Assembly (NCBI GenBank): GCA_025201805.1
Contig: MU619299.1
Coordinates: 71,304 to 135,303, forward strand
Origin: Parasitella parasitica NRRL 2501
Taxonomy: Eukaryota > Fungi > Mucoromycota
Direction: 5' to 3'
DNA: 64,000 bases
In this document: in pieces, positions 37,121 through 50,878 of the stretch
How positions within the stretch are numbered: the first letter of the stretch is position 1
Layout of the letters: each line of letters starts with the position of its first letter
Made by a program: the position numbers and the translations under genes
Notes under the pieces: generated by a model
Told to the model about the DNA's origin: nothing
The model's database searches: none
The model's input: the letters and a program-made list of their open reading frames with translations, nothing else

Positions 37121-39569
37121 CTACTTTTCAGTGACATCTATAGTGGCCCATTCATGGTCATAGTATATATTTCTAGAATGAACATCTTCTGCATGATACA
37201 AAAGCTCAAACTGACCACGAGATAAAAAGTACATGGGGAAAGAGTGCGATGTAATGCCATCTGTGGCAGGTGTCTGATTGACAAAAAAAAAAAGTATTAA
37301 TAGCAGCTTTCAATAAAATCACAGCAAATCATTATTATACCTCGGGAAGGACAACCTGTTTAATGCCTTCTAACAGTAGCTTGTTTGACAAGTCATATTC
37401 TTTGACCCCATCGTTATAGCTTTGAACTGGCTGAATTCGCAAAATTAGCTTTATCGGATGGGCTGTAGTTTCAAGTAAAATCAGTCAGTAGAAGCATAAT
37501 ATTCAACAAAAAACATACTGAATCTATTTCTAATGGAAACTGTCATTGTCACATAATCATTGCAAACACACGTAAATTTTCTATGACTTAATTTCCGTAC
37601 ACTATCGCCCTTCAGTTCTACGACAAACTCCACATTCTCCTTCTTTAAAATGCCCAATTGCATAAATGTCAATTTCAATGACGATCGAAGATTCAATTCG
37701 CCCTTTCGGCCAGTTGATCCACATCTCCAGGCACCTTTTATACGATTCAGCAACTCTTCTCGATACCAGAACATTTGCAAGCGCGCTTTTTGTTGCTCTT
37801 TTGATATCTTGGGACCTTGGGAAACAACAAACTGCTTGTTTGGGTCGAAAGATGGTATTTCTTGGCGACACACATCTGGTGGTAGAAATAGTCTTTTTAA
37901 GGGCAAGATAATCCTACAAAGCATGGCTGAGGGATTTGACTCTACAATGTAGTGCTTGCCTTACCTCGATGTAGAGCCTGGCTGTACCGTAATATGTGAT
38001 ACCAGCTCATCCATATCACCCGTCTTTTTTTGATCCATTTTGTTGCTTATAACAAAATCAACGTCAAATGGTGTAGTCCATCTATTTCGTACATCAAGTG
38101 TGATTAGGCAGTACTCGTTGCTTTGTTGGTTTTCTAATTCTACGTTTCTGGTAACAAGCAAAAGATCTTCAATGGGCTGTTGCGACATTGCAAGACTGCT
38201 ACAAGTGCTTGCTTCAGCCGCTTTCATTGAAACTTTGTGTTTGTACAGATTGTTCAGTGCTGTGTTTAAGGCTTCCTTCGAGGCAGGCGTGCTATGTCTC
38301 AAATATAAAATATCCCAGTTGAATGGTTCGACGTTTTGGTATACTGTAATGAGCACATTAAGATACAACTGGCGCGTATAAAACGTAGCAGGCGCTAAAA
38401 TATTGCCTTGTGCTGATTGCAATGACTGTATCTCTTCCACTGTGCGATCTAAATAGCCATAGTCGACTTGAATTGTGCCTCCATGGCTTTGGATAATGGT
38501 TAACAAGGCACATCATTTACTACAATTCGCACGTTACCATTCTCTTTTACCATAGACACTGACCGTAACTGTTGTGCTTGCACCTCGAGGTAACCATATC
38601 TTTTTGCCAATGAAATCATTTGATCGCTTCTCAGAGGTGCCTTCCCAAGAAAAGACGCGAGTTCCTTTTGTATACAGTTCGATGTCGTATTGATCTTCAG
38701 GAGTAAGTTCTGGGTTCACTAGCATGTTTGTAGTGGTGGAATCTGTAAAGGACAAGGTGATAAAATCAACTGCAATGTTTCCGATATTCTCCAACTCTAT
38801 GATAATTTGTGTGCTATTGATAGCTATTAGTTTTGCAGCGACGAATGCCACCAAGAAAAAANNNNNNNNNNAAAAAAAAAAAAAAAAAAAAGCTCACACT
38901 TCTCCCTCGTAAAGCATAACAGCACCATGCAAAAGTGAGGTTGATTTGATCTTCAATAGAGGCTGATCATCAATCACATCCAAACGTTGAAACTTTATAG
39001 GGCTTGTATCGCCAGAAGTTTCTGATTTGAATTGCTAGTTAAAGGCACCGACCAAAACAAGGCGCTGGTTATATACTAACCTCTTCTGTTGGTTTCTATG
39101 GCACCGAGTCCGCTAAAAATATCCCAATGAGTTAATGGCAAAAGTAAAGTAACTACAATGTCCTCACCTATGCTTGATTTTAACGAAATTATCATTTGAG
39201 CTATCTTGTGATTCCTTAACTTCATCATCTACCAAGAATTCTTGTTCGGCAAAGCCAATAATTTGAATCAAACACCCCTTTATCACAAGCGTCCCGGTTT
39301 TTTCTGGTGTGCCCGTCAAGTGTATATGTATCGTCGCATTTGCAGGAATACTAACGGCAGTAGACACCGCATTAAATGCTATACCGGATGTACTAGATAT
39401 GACTTTTAGTACTCTCTGGTGTGTTTTACAGTTAAACTGGCGTTACCTTAAAGCAATACTCTGAAGCTCCAAATCAAAACCAAAGGGATTCACTAATGTC
39501 ACCATGAATTCTGATATTTCGTCTTTCACCAGTACAACTTTATACTAATGCATGAATGTGTGTAAGCGC

Positions 39570-39653
<84 letters not shown>

Positions 39654-42207
39654 GAATTATGAGATTGCCTTCACTTACTGCCGTATCTGTCTTTTTCGCA
39701 AAAGGGTTGTATATAAATGGATCGCTGGGATCTGCTGACAGAATTTCTGGTGCATTAACAACTGCTTCATTTTTAATGGGATGAGCATAAACAGCTTTTC
39801 TAGATATAGGCTTCTTTGCCTCTATCCGAGATACAATGTTGACGCCCCAATAATTGATCGATTCGGAGCCACAGACTAGCGATGATTGCTTTTTATCTCT
39901 GTTTGTGTTGGCTACCATCCCTTGTATTGTAGTAGCCAGTTTAATCTGCTCTGCTTTGGGAATGTACTGGTACAAGTTCTTTAGCAGAACAGTAGTGTAA
40001 TACAGTCGAGACGCATTGTCGACCAAAGCATCGGATACTGAGATGCATTGTTCTAGAATGACTATCTGCAATTCAGGCCATCCAAAACGGTTTTCCTTTG
40101 GCCGTATATTTCCCTTGGACCTAGATGGCGTCTGGTTTGAAAATAGTTCTTGATCCTCCTGACGCATTGCTTCCAAGGCACCTCCGTCATGCACATTGCG
40201 CTCGCCTATGCCATATATTTCGCATATTCTCTTTAGTATTTCCAAAACGCCATTATCGTGCACTGTTGAAAGTTTTCCCATGTCTTTGGGTAATCCTGAT
40301 CTACGGTGTTGTAATAGCAATGGCAGCATCTTGTCAACTCCTTCGTGCATAAGCCAAGCTGCCTTTCGATGATATCCGATAAACGTGTATATTGAAGACA
40401 TTGCTGTCGTAACATAGATCTAAAAAGGCGTTTGGGTGAGCCTCGAATTGACAGGAAGTGCGGCAACACGCTCAAATACCTGATCTAATAAACCCAATTC
40501 GCTGATGTGAATCCTCCGTATTTTGGTAACCCATTCTGCAATACGGTGCCTTGATATGCCACTGCCTTTGTACCGAACCATATTACTTGTGGATAAAAAA
40601 CAAAAGTTTTCGCCCTTCTTCTTTCGCAATTCGTCATCGTCGTTTTCGCCAAGCTTGCCCTGCACCAGCAAAGCCATGGTTTGATCGTTCCATCCTTGAT
40701 TTAAAAACGCAGTGCTGAGGAGCCGAGCAATTTTCAAACAAGCTTCCGCGTAAACTAAATCTGGCACAGAAAAATTAGCTGCCAATGATGTATGCTGATA
40801 GTGTTTAATAATGGCTGTGTACTGATCTATTATTGCGGCTATTGTAGATTGAGATCCTCTAATGTCAGGATGGGAAGACGGAGAAGAAGATTCGCTGTTG
40901 GATTGAGAGGTTGCGCCAGGTGTTGTAGGGTCTGGGGAAACCGGGTTTCTCGCGATGATATGGCCAATGTCTGCTTGAAGGTATTCTAATAAAATAGTCG
41001 CACACACTAATCCTTCCATAGCACTTGCTAACCAGAGGAAATCTGATGTTATTTTGGCCATTTCTATTGCCTGGTCATAACTAGAATCAAAATCAGTAGG
41101 TACGATCTGGACAAATGAAAGAAAAGATACTTTACTGAGATACAGCATCGGGCAATCGACCTGCCAGCAAGTAAAAATCACCCAGCAACTTTCTAATCCT
41201 TCCAGGCGTCCGTTTCCTGGTCCTTGCACTTTCGCCCGTAGATCCTGTGGAGTTCAATGTGCTTGTAGAGTACCGATGATGCTTTGTTGACACTGACTGA
41301 GGCTGTAATTGGTGATGAGGCTGTAGCGACGATCGTTTGTTGGCTACATTACTCGAGCTACTTGGCGATGTTGCCAGTGGGGGCTGTGAAAATCGTTGCT
41401 GATCCCTTCTCAAGGGGACATGAATATTGGTTGGACCTGGTGATTCTAATGTGTCCAGTTTCTGTATGCGAGTAGCTAGTATGGCAAACTGCTCAAGTAT
41501 CTCGCTGGCAAAGTCGCAAATCATGGTGCTCATGTAGAAAGACATGTTTCCGACGTTTGGTATCATTATCAAGCCCTTTGTATCGTCTTCTTGCGATTCT
41601 GAAGGGTCAAATGCAAAGCATCTAGTCGCAACTGCTGTTGGGTACTATAAAAGGAGCCTCAAATGTTTAAGGCTGTACGCAACTCGGTACCAACTTTAGT
41701 GTGTATACGTACCTGATCAAGGCCTTGGGAGAATTGCTTGAAGCCTTCACTGAGATTCTTGTTTTTCCATTCTTGACAGTCCATAATGCCAATGACCTGC
41801 GGTTCACGATTAGTCGATACTGCAAGCGGTTTGGTTTATAATTAACTACTAACGCCGAAAATACGACGGTGTGGTTGGAAATCCTCCAATTCAGCATGTT
41901 CTCGAGTCCAATGTGTTATGAACTGGAAGTGCATCTGCCCCTCTTGAAATACTTGGCTGCTAAACATGGCTTGAGCACATTTTTTTTTTTTTTTGTTTTT
42001 TTTAGTACAGGTTACACATTTAATGCATTGTCTTCATGTACCATTGGCGCCTTTTTTCAAGTCTGGAGTAACATCACCAAGTCGAACCAGGTTGAACGTT
42101 TTCACCAATTCGACATACTTGTAGAATGTTGATTTCTTGATAGGTGATACTGGAACAAGTAATACGCGCACCCTGCAACTAGAAGTAACATCTATAGCCA
42201 GATCCAT
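37121..42207 (-). CDS. TRS120: TRAPPII subunit Trs120/TRAPPC9 (many exons)
   Basis: N-terminal RVRVLLVPVSPI, RTPGRIRKLLGDFYLLAGR, DFLWLASAMEG, FGWPELQ, DPFIYNPF, TLVNPFGFDLE. Small N-gap in an intron. Confidence 0.93.
39574..39652 (+). repeat. Poly-T homopolymer (about 79 nt) in a TRS120 intron
   Basis: Directly visible. Its length may be inflated by the assembly. Confidence 0.85.
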
Positions 42208-43311
42208 TCGTATTTGCAGACGGTATGGGATTTAAGTGGAAAAAAGATGATGATAATTCCACAATATTAAAACTCGCGATTTATAATACATATCGATGCT
42301 CCCAGTTAGTGACGACACGCATTCATTCGTCGAGTGAGTTGCATAAGACGCATTCGTGTAACGGACAAAGTAACACACTAGCGGGCGAGCAGCTCTTGCT
42401 GCTGTGGCAACTCTGCTGGTAGATCAGGCAGACTAGACAGGTTTTATCTAGTGGTTTGGGTAGTTCTAGCAGGCCTCGCCCTCTAACAGCCACCATGGCC
42501 AAAAATGCTTGCCTATATTGTGGCAAGCAAAATTCCTACCAGGATAAGACTAAAGCATGTCAGCATGTTCCATTGCAAACGCAACATTATTTACAAAGTC
42601 TCTAAAAGTGAAAAAANNNNNNNNNNNNNNNNNNNNAAAAAAAAAAAAAAAAAAAAAAGCAAACTGTACAATAATGCTATAATAGATATGCTTTCCATGC
42701 TATCAGACTATTGAGTCTCACTTGTACAAGCACTGTTTGAAATCTACAGCGCTGGGCTTATGTGGATATAAACATGAAACATGGTACGCATTTCCTCTGC
42801 TACACAATTCGCTATATCACTTTATTGCACCTTTCACATCAAGTAAAATGTTCTTGAAACATACAGGCTCAATCACATTTTGTCTCTGCGCTAACTGAAT
42901 GCCCAACTTGAAAATTGTTTATTACACCATCCAGTTGTATTATGTGGTAAGTCGGATGGAAGGGGAGCAAAACTATAAATACGTTGATTGCATTACTATC
43001 GATTCATCTAAAAAGACTCGTTTGAGGCAGCCATCAGGTATTGGTCCTGAATCGTCAGGAAGCCGCTCGTTATTAACCCTTTCACAGCACAATATTTCAC
43101 CAATGTGATGCAACTTATGATATTCTAATTATGACAAGAATATTTTTAGTAAATTCCTATTTGTACTCCATTCTTTACATTTACTGTATGTTTTAAACAT
43201 TTTAAATTTTGAAGGAAAGAGTGCAGGTGAAACAGTGTCACACGAAACAAAACTGCCAAACAAGCAATGCCATGTTGTATAGCTTCTACTCTTCTTGAAC
43301 ATTTGCACGAC

Positions 43312-44330
43312 ATGTCAAATCATGTGTTTTTGTTTATAGTTCTATTTTGCACAATTGCCTTGTCTGTGGCGTCCGTGGGAGATGAGCAGCCTTCATATAA
43401 CCATTGCGTAGACGAATGTACCCAGACAACATGTCCTGCGACCTTGAGCTTTTCATTGCGATTGTTCAAATGGTCATGTAAGTATATGTATGTTGGCAGA
43501 GGCACATCCATATTAATCTGCAGTACCTGCATGTAGGCGCTGAAAATTGCAGATATATCTGCATGCAAGCAGTTACAGATAGAGCTATAGAAGAAAGCTC
43601 GCCTATCTATCAATACCACGGAAAATGGCCGTTTTACAGATGTTTTGGCATCCAAGAACCTGCATCTGTCATATTTTCTATAGGCAATGGGCTTGTCCAT
43701 GCCTATTATTTCCGTCGAATCCAAAAGCAAGTTTCTTCAAACACCTTTTTCAAAGGGTTCATGCTATTATACACCGTCATTGGCATGAATGCGTGGCTGT
43801 GGAGCACCGTATTTCATTCGAGAGACACCAAATTTACAGAGCTGATGGATTATTTTTCAGCTGGGCTCTTGGTTCTGTACAGTTTGTATTATGCCATCAT
43901 AAGGGTCTACGGATTGACCCGTAATTTCTTCATTCAAGCATTGGGTGTCCTATTTATCTGTCTGTTTGTTGCCCATGTTGGCTACTTGACCATTGTTACA
44001 TTTGACTATGTATATAACATGTGTGCCAACGTTGCAATAGGTGGCTGCCAGATTACTGTTTGGTTGGGATGGTTTCTGGTGCAAAACATGCAACGAACTG
44101 TAGCAAGATCGTATGCCCATCTTGCAGTTATTTCCGGGATTGGGGTTTCTCTCGCAATGTGCCTTGAGCTGTTTGATTTCCCCCCTCTTTTTCGAGTATT
44201 TGATGCTCATAGTCTATGGCATTTGGCTACAATACCACTATCTATTGTGTGGTATAAATTTTTGGTTGCAGATGCAAGGCATGAAGCCAACACTAGATTA
44301 TACACAGCAGTGAAACTGTTGCCTGCTTAA
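43312..44330 (+). CDS. PER1: Per1/PGAP3 GPI lipid-remodelling protein (2 exons)
   Basis: Signal peptide + ASVGDE..C..C, QYHGKWPF..GIQEPASVIFS, WSTVFHSRD, LELFDFPP..DAHSLWH. Confidence 0.95.
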
Positions 44331-44476
44331 ATGTTTCAACATTCTACACAACATTGTATGCACGCAAACAATAACAAACACTTTTACACGTAATAAAGCG
44401 TATCGTAATCATATAGCAACCATTTATTTTTAAATATTGAATTTCAAGATTCTTAACAAAAAATGCTACAGTACAA

Positions 44477-44507
<31 letters not shown>

Positions 44508-44559
44508 TAATGGTTAGTTTAAACCATGGTAAGAATTGATATCAGTTCGTGGTATTTTT

Positions 44560-45344
44560 TTAAGCGTGGGGGCCGCCTGTAGCGCGACTGCCGGCACCAG
44601 TGCCGTCTCTGTAAAGTTGTTGATCCCACAAATAGACGCCAAGACCTTCACCAACACGATTGAGTTGAGTGACCATATCAGCCAATTTCTTGATCGCTTC
44701 AACTTGTTCAGCCAAATAGGTGCTTTCAATAAAGTCGCACATTTGAGGGTCACCTTGACTATCAGCGATCTTGTGCAAGTTCAAAAGAGACTTGTTGACA
44801 TCTAGTTTTTAACTGTTAATTGCTTGGCTAGAAGCTAGTACTTGTTTGTATATTGTTACCCTTTTCAAGTTGAAGAGCAGACTCGACAGCATTTTTAGCA
44901 GATTTCCAATCGGTTTCAGGCGCTTGCAAAGCACGTAAAACAACTCTGCCACCTCTTGTATTGATGTAGTCTAGAGTATTTAGTTAGCAAAAAAAAAAAA
45001 AAAATGCTATGATATTTGCTGAGGATACTAACCAATTAATTGTTGGGCGTGCTCTCTTTCCTGGCAACGATAACAATTGAATTGAATAAGGTTGTCATGA
45101 CAGCAACCTACAAGTTACTTACCTCATGGGCGGATTCGCGAAAGTACTTTTCCAAACCTATTACTTCATGTCAGATTACCTTTCAAGTATAAACGAGGAA
45201 ATAGTTACCAGGTAAAGCCACAGAAGAGTGTTGGGCCCATGCAGCCATGGACAAGTAAACCTGAGATGCTTGCAGCTCGGTGTTAACTTGTTGATTCAAG
45301 GCTTCTTCAGATTGGCTAGCGAAATTTTGCTTGGCAAGAGACAT
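44560..45344 (-). CDS. Eukaryotic H-type ferritin (5 exons)
   Basis: Spliced: [91 protein letters not shown]. Ferroxidase residues (E, Y, ExxH, E, Q) are intact. Confidence 0.97.
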
Positions 45345-45711
45345 GTTTGACTAGGGTGAGTTTGACAAATTGGTGTAATGTAAGAAAGTTTGTAAGGNNN
45401 NNNNNNNAAAAAAAAAAAAAAAAAAAAAATTAGATTGGAAGGATTTTCAGGTATTTATGGGCGTTTCAACATTTGTTTGATTGGCACCTATACGACTACC
45501 TACCAGTACTATCGAAAGGGACAGGTTTTCCTGAACCACATGTAAGAAGAGCAACGCATTGGTCTCACAATTATCATCAAACAAGGAAGGAGGCCTATCT
45601 CGGGTAGCAGTTCCGTGTACATGTCAAATCGAGAGTCGAGTAACACACACACTGACAAAACAAACACTTATGCAAAACGTGTCGCTTTTTATTATACTAC
45701 TACTATATGGG

Positions 45712-47304
45712 CTACTTGGTAAAGCTGTTGATAACGCGCTTCATGTTGTCTAATCCCAACTTGAGCTGATCGAGGGGTGGGCCAAAACTCAGTCTTACGA
45801 AATGGTGGCAGGGAGACTCGAATAGCTCACGGCGATGAGACGGCTGCGTATGTATGATGAAAAAAAAAAAAAGTGTTTGTGTGAGTAAAAACAATAGTGT
45901 GGGAGAACAACAAACAACAGCTTACATTCACATCGAAAAAGATGCCCGGCACAACAATAACCTTCTCTTTAAGACACTCTTCGAAAAAGTTGAGACCAAT
46001 ATTGATGGGTTCTGGTAGATGAGAGAGATCCAGCCAAATGTAGAATGTCGCATTGGGTGGCACTTTGACTTCAAGTCCCATTTCCTTTAGTCGTTTAAGC
46101 ACATAGTCGCGTTTGGCTTTAAAGTGATGTTGGAGGGCTTTGGCCTCGTTCTTGAACTTTTTGGGGTCCAAGAAGGGGATGGCTGCTAGCTGAAGTGGAT
46201 GGTTGGCGCCGCCTTCCAAAAACGACCCTGCGCTTTCCATAGACGAAATAACGGCCTTTGGCCCCACAATCCAGCACACACGCCAGCCAGGCATGCGAAA
46301 GTTCTTGGTCAGCCCATCAATCAAGATGACGGGGTCTTCATTTACATCACCTACAAATTGAGACACGCTGACAGTTTTTCCTGGCTCTTGGTCGTAGATG
46401 TAGGAAGAGTAGAACTCATCCAAAACCAAGGTCGTGTGTCGTTCTTTGGCCACTTGGACCAATTCCTCCAGTTCGTCATCTTGAATCACTTGTCCTGTGG
46501 GATTGCGAGGGTTTGAAGCAACAATAACGCCGAGGCCTCTTCCTGAAATTTCTTTGCGAATTGTCTCAGAGTCAATGTGATAGCGCGAGTCCTCTTCCAA
46601 TGTCGTGGGGATAGGCACAAAGCGTTTAAAGACGGATAGCATTTGCTCGTACGCGGTATATTCAGGAAGAAAATACCCCACATTAACGTCGCCAATCGCT
46701 GCTGCCACACGAGTCAACCCAGCACGACCACCAGGGACAATACAGACATTTTCATGCGTGTACTTGGAATCCTTTTCTTTTCGATAAACCTCATTGTACA
46801 GGCGAGCTACGGCTTTTCTTAGTTCAGTAATACCACTGGTAGGCGCATACTCGTACGAATCTGACGGAAGATCGATCTGTGAGGGTCTTTCAAAACAGCC
46901 GTCGATTGGACCAACTGCCTGTCTATCAGCCAGTGATTCATCGCTATTACACACACAACTTACCTTCGGGGGCTCCTTGGCCAAAATTGGCCCAGTTCTC
47001 ACTTGCATAAGTATAGCCATTCTTCATGGCACGATCCATGACATAAATCACGCCTGTAGATCCTGGATGCTCAATGCCATGAATGGTGCCTTCGTTCTGC
47101 GCTCTGGTCGCTTTGTTTTCATTTCCCGGATAACTCCTTAGAGTCTGATGTGCTTGTGATTCGTGTTCTCTTTGACTAAATGTATTGTGTAGTTAATATA
47201 AATACTGTTTATCTGCTCATTCAAACTTACAATTTATTTTTAACTTGCATAGCAATGTCGCGAAAATGATAGCGAGGCCTTTTGCGCTCTGGACTGGTAG
47301 ACAT
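45712..47304 (-). CDS. PLP-dependent class I/II aminotransferase (4 exons)
   Basis: NFGQGAPE, YAPTSGITELRKAVA, SNPRNPTG, LDEFY, GLTKNFRMPGWR (PLP lysine), FVRLSFG. Confidence 0.93.
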
Positions 47305-47911
47305 TGTTTTACTAGTTGTATAGAGAAAGAAAGATGAGCGGAATAATGCTATAATATTTCGCAATTCAACATGGCTTTTAGTCAATAGAGTTTTATTCGA
47401 CGGTTTCACGATGATCGTATACTATCGTCATATTGATTTGCCAAGTTGGTCCAGGTAGATTTAAAGCGCACAAACAAGCCTCCCAGCTTGTCACTTTTTG
47501 ACTGAAGGTGCTTGTATTATCCATCTTTGTTACATCCGTGATTGACGTTCTCACACGATCAAAAAAACGTTGATTTATTCCTGAATAAACAAATGTCTTT
47601 ATTCTATATCCGAGAAAACATACGAGATAAATCTTTCCGCCCCCCCCCCTAATTTGGCCTCCAAATGCCCAATATCTGGTGTTATTATTGTACAGAATCC
47701 TCATTATCGCCATCAATTACAAAACTATTTTTTCAAGAATAAAGCTTCATCAACATCCTTCAACGTGAAGCTTGTATATGTTGAAGTGTTCAAACTGAAA
47801 TAAAGGTTATGCGGTAGTTAAAAGCTGTTCGGAGCCTAGCGAAAGCGATATAGCTTGGCAATCAAAAGTTTGGGTTGCATCCCGTTTTGAAATCTTCCTC
47901 AATACATCTAA

Positions 47912-48598
47912 ATGGTAATGTAGACAAAGCCCCCTCCCCATAGTAAATATCCAAGCAAAATCATGAGAAACAGTACCATGTTGTAATATAGAAGAATGGA
48001 TGGATGAATGAATGAATGGATGGATGGGTGTGATTAATCGGCAATATTGGAGAAATGTTGACCATGATTTTCTTGATCAAATGTGGGATTGACCGGATGT
48101 CTTGATGTGTTAATTAATCGCTTCCGTCAAATAGGCCAAGAAAGACGTTGCCGGTAAGCCTACCTCCTCCTCAGGTGGAAAGAAGGCCAAAAAGGCAAGT
48201 AGATTCAGATTTAATTCAGCAATTAGTATTCACATGGCAGCACATGTTTTTAGAAGTGGTCTGCCAAGAAGGTCAAGGACAAGTCCAACAACATGGTTAT
48301 TCTCGACAAGCCCACCTATGATCGTTTGTTCAAGGAAGTTCCTACCTACAAGCTCATCTCTCAATCTGTCTTGGTTGATCGTCTCAAGCTGAACGGGTCT
48401 TTGGCCCGTATTGCAATCCGTGAACTCGAAAACCAAGGTTTGATCAAGGCCATCTCTCGTCACCACTCTCAAGTTATCTACAGTAAGTAATTTAAATTTT
48501 GAAATATCACGGTTGAGAATCTAACGGTTGAGATTTGCACCTTAGCCCGTGCCACTGGTGATGATAAGCCTGCCAAGGTTGTCGAGGCTTCTGAATAA
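47912..48598 (+). CDS. RPS25: 40S ribosomal protein S25 (4 exons; ATG-only first coding exon)
   Basis: ATG, intron 47915-48134, AKKDVAGK..GGKKAKK, GC-AG intron 48195-48253, KWSAKKVKDK..LFKEVPTYKLISQSVLVDRLKLNGSLAR..HHSQVIYTRAT; stop at 48596-48598. Confidence 0.96.
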
Positions 48599-48822
48599 AC
48601 TTTGTATGCATTTTATAAATAAAGCGATGATTCTATGTAATATCTTGAGTTATTGCGACAGATTCCAGAACGCATGACATGGATGGTGATGATGGCTCAT
48701 TCTTTAAATCCCGCGATAAGTAGCGTGCTTGGGGGGGGGGGGCAGCAGTTCAATTTCTCTTTTCTTTGCATCTTTCTTCAAACTGTTTGTAATATCATCT
48801 TAAAAAGAAATATTTATTCATC

Positions 48823-50878
48823 ATGTCGACTCCTGTACCAGGAGACAAATTCATAAAGACACTGCGAAATTACTTGGAAGCAAACGAGGCTCGCTTACTA
48901 CCTCTTCAACCAAGTTTTCAACCGCAACAAGCAGCAGTTATTAAAGAAGAAGCGCCTACCACACCACAAGAAAATGGAATATTCAAAGCAGTGTCTTCGC
49001 TGTGGAATAGCAAGAATAACGGCTCGTCTTCGGCGGCGCGTTCAACTGCTTCTACCAGCGACAATAAAAGTACAGCAGCAATGAGCAGACCTAGTTCTTT
49101 ATACGGCATCCCTATCCCTTATATGTCTCTGTTAGCTGCTGCCACATCGACGTCTTATATACCTTATATGCCACCACGTTCTAGTTTGACTTTGGACATA
49201 CACTATCTGTATTTCTTATTAGTACAGTTTGAATATTTGGGCTTGCAAGACTCACATTTACCTGTGCCAGAACATGGCCTCGTTGAGACTGAAACAACTA
49301 TGGATAATGGCGGTAGCAAAGCACCCTCAATTTCCTCTGTAGGCTCAGTCATGTCTACACTATCGCTGTCAACTGGGTGGCAATTCTGGTCTTCTAATCA
49401 GCATCAAAAGCAAGATCGGCCCTTGCATGAGGACATCGTATACATCCATAGATATTTGTCTAAAGTCACTGCCCTCAAGTTACAAATGAATCTTTTGATT
49501 GATACCCAACATGGTGTAACCAAAAGCAGCCAGCGCACAATCCGTGGATATGAAACACCTTTACCACAAGATGGCTCAATAGCGCTCCCATTAAAGTGCT
49601 TCAAAAACCTCAAATTTTTAGAGTTGTCTAATATCAAACCTTGCTGCATAGACGACTGGCCTGATTTTTGCACATCATTGACGAGTTTAGTCATCAAAAC
49701 AGGAAATATAGACAATGCAGTGGATATTATTGGCACAGAATCACCTTGGTCGGAACTCAAGATGCTATCTTTACAGGATAATAGCCTTACAACTCTAGAA
49801 AGCGAACCTGCTCAATTAATAACGTCTGTTACCCATTTGAATTTATCGAGCAATTTACTCATCGACATCCCCGCTGCGTTGGCTTCATTGTATAACCTGT
49901 CTAGTTTGAATCTATCACACAACATGATATCATTTACAACAGGCATCAACACTGTATTAGGAAATATCCAGGAATTGAATTTAAGGGGCAATCGATTAAA
50001 AGTGTTGGCCGGTTTGGATCGGCTATGGGCATTAGAAAGATTGGATGTGCGCGATAATCGTATCGACGAGGCTGCTGAAGTTGGAAGGTTAACTGCTTTG
50101 CCAAACATAACCGATATTTGGGTCCTGGGAAACCCATTTACAATTCTACAGGTAATTCTACCATAGAACCAGCAGTTGACTAGACATTTAACATACTTTG
50201 AAGCCCGACTATAGAGTTGAGATGTTTTCAGTGTTCAAAAAGAATGATTTAGATATTGAATTGGACGGTACAAAACCAACGTTTACAGAACGGCGCCGCA
50301 TACAATCAGCTTCGGATAATAAGGACAAATCTTCAACAATATCAGCTACCATAGCAACGACTGAACCTGCTGCTACTGTCAAAAAATGGCCAACACCACA
50401 ATCACAACAACTACAGCAGGAAAGAGATGGCGAGAGCGTTACCAGCCAGCGTACAGCACCTGTAGCTACCAATAAAAAACTTGCTCGAGCAAAGTCAAAG
50501 GGAAATAAACGTCAGATTCGCCTAGGCCAAGCTGCTATAGAAGAAGATATACCTATTCCCGCTGCTGCTGCTGCTTCTATGGCTGCAGAGGAAGAAAATA
50601 ATAAAAAACACGTGCATCGATTAGCAGATTTAGAAGAGACTGTTCAACAGGAGCAAGTACGAGCCAGAAGAGCCGCATCTGTGCGTTCTCGTCGTAGTAA
50701 AAAAGGAGCGTCAGCAGAAGAGAAAGCTGCTATTGCTGCTGCTGCTGCTCTTTCTGGGGAGTCTACAAAAAAGTCATCAGATGCTTTTAAAAAGAAGATC
50801 CAGGCTATACGAAAAGAAGCTGGAACAGAATGGCTTCGGGTTTTACAAGAAATGGATGTTGTGAAAAAAACGTCTTAA
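48823..50878 (+). CDS. Leucine-rich repeat protein (nischarin/STK11IP-like architecture), 2 exons
   Basis: LTLDIHYLYFLL N-terminal block, LxxLxLxxN repeats (LKMLSLQDNSL, VTHLNLSSNLL, IQELNLRGNRL, LERLDVRDNRI), LRR cap GNPF..YR, and C-terminal FKKKIQAIRKEAGTEWLRVL. Confidence 0.85.

Noticed and set aside
39526-39738. Poly-Lys/poly-Phe peptides
   Set aside because: They come from the intronic poly-T run in TRS120 and are not coding.
30967-44330. Possible cell-surface/lipid cluster (chitin deacetylase, ERG28, PER1)
   Set aside because: Common housekeeping genes from different pathways, interspersed with unrelated genes. No evidence of a functional cluster.
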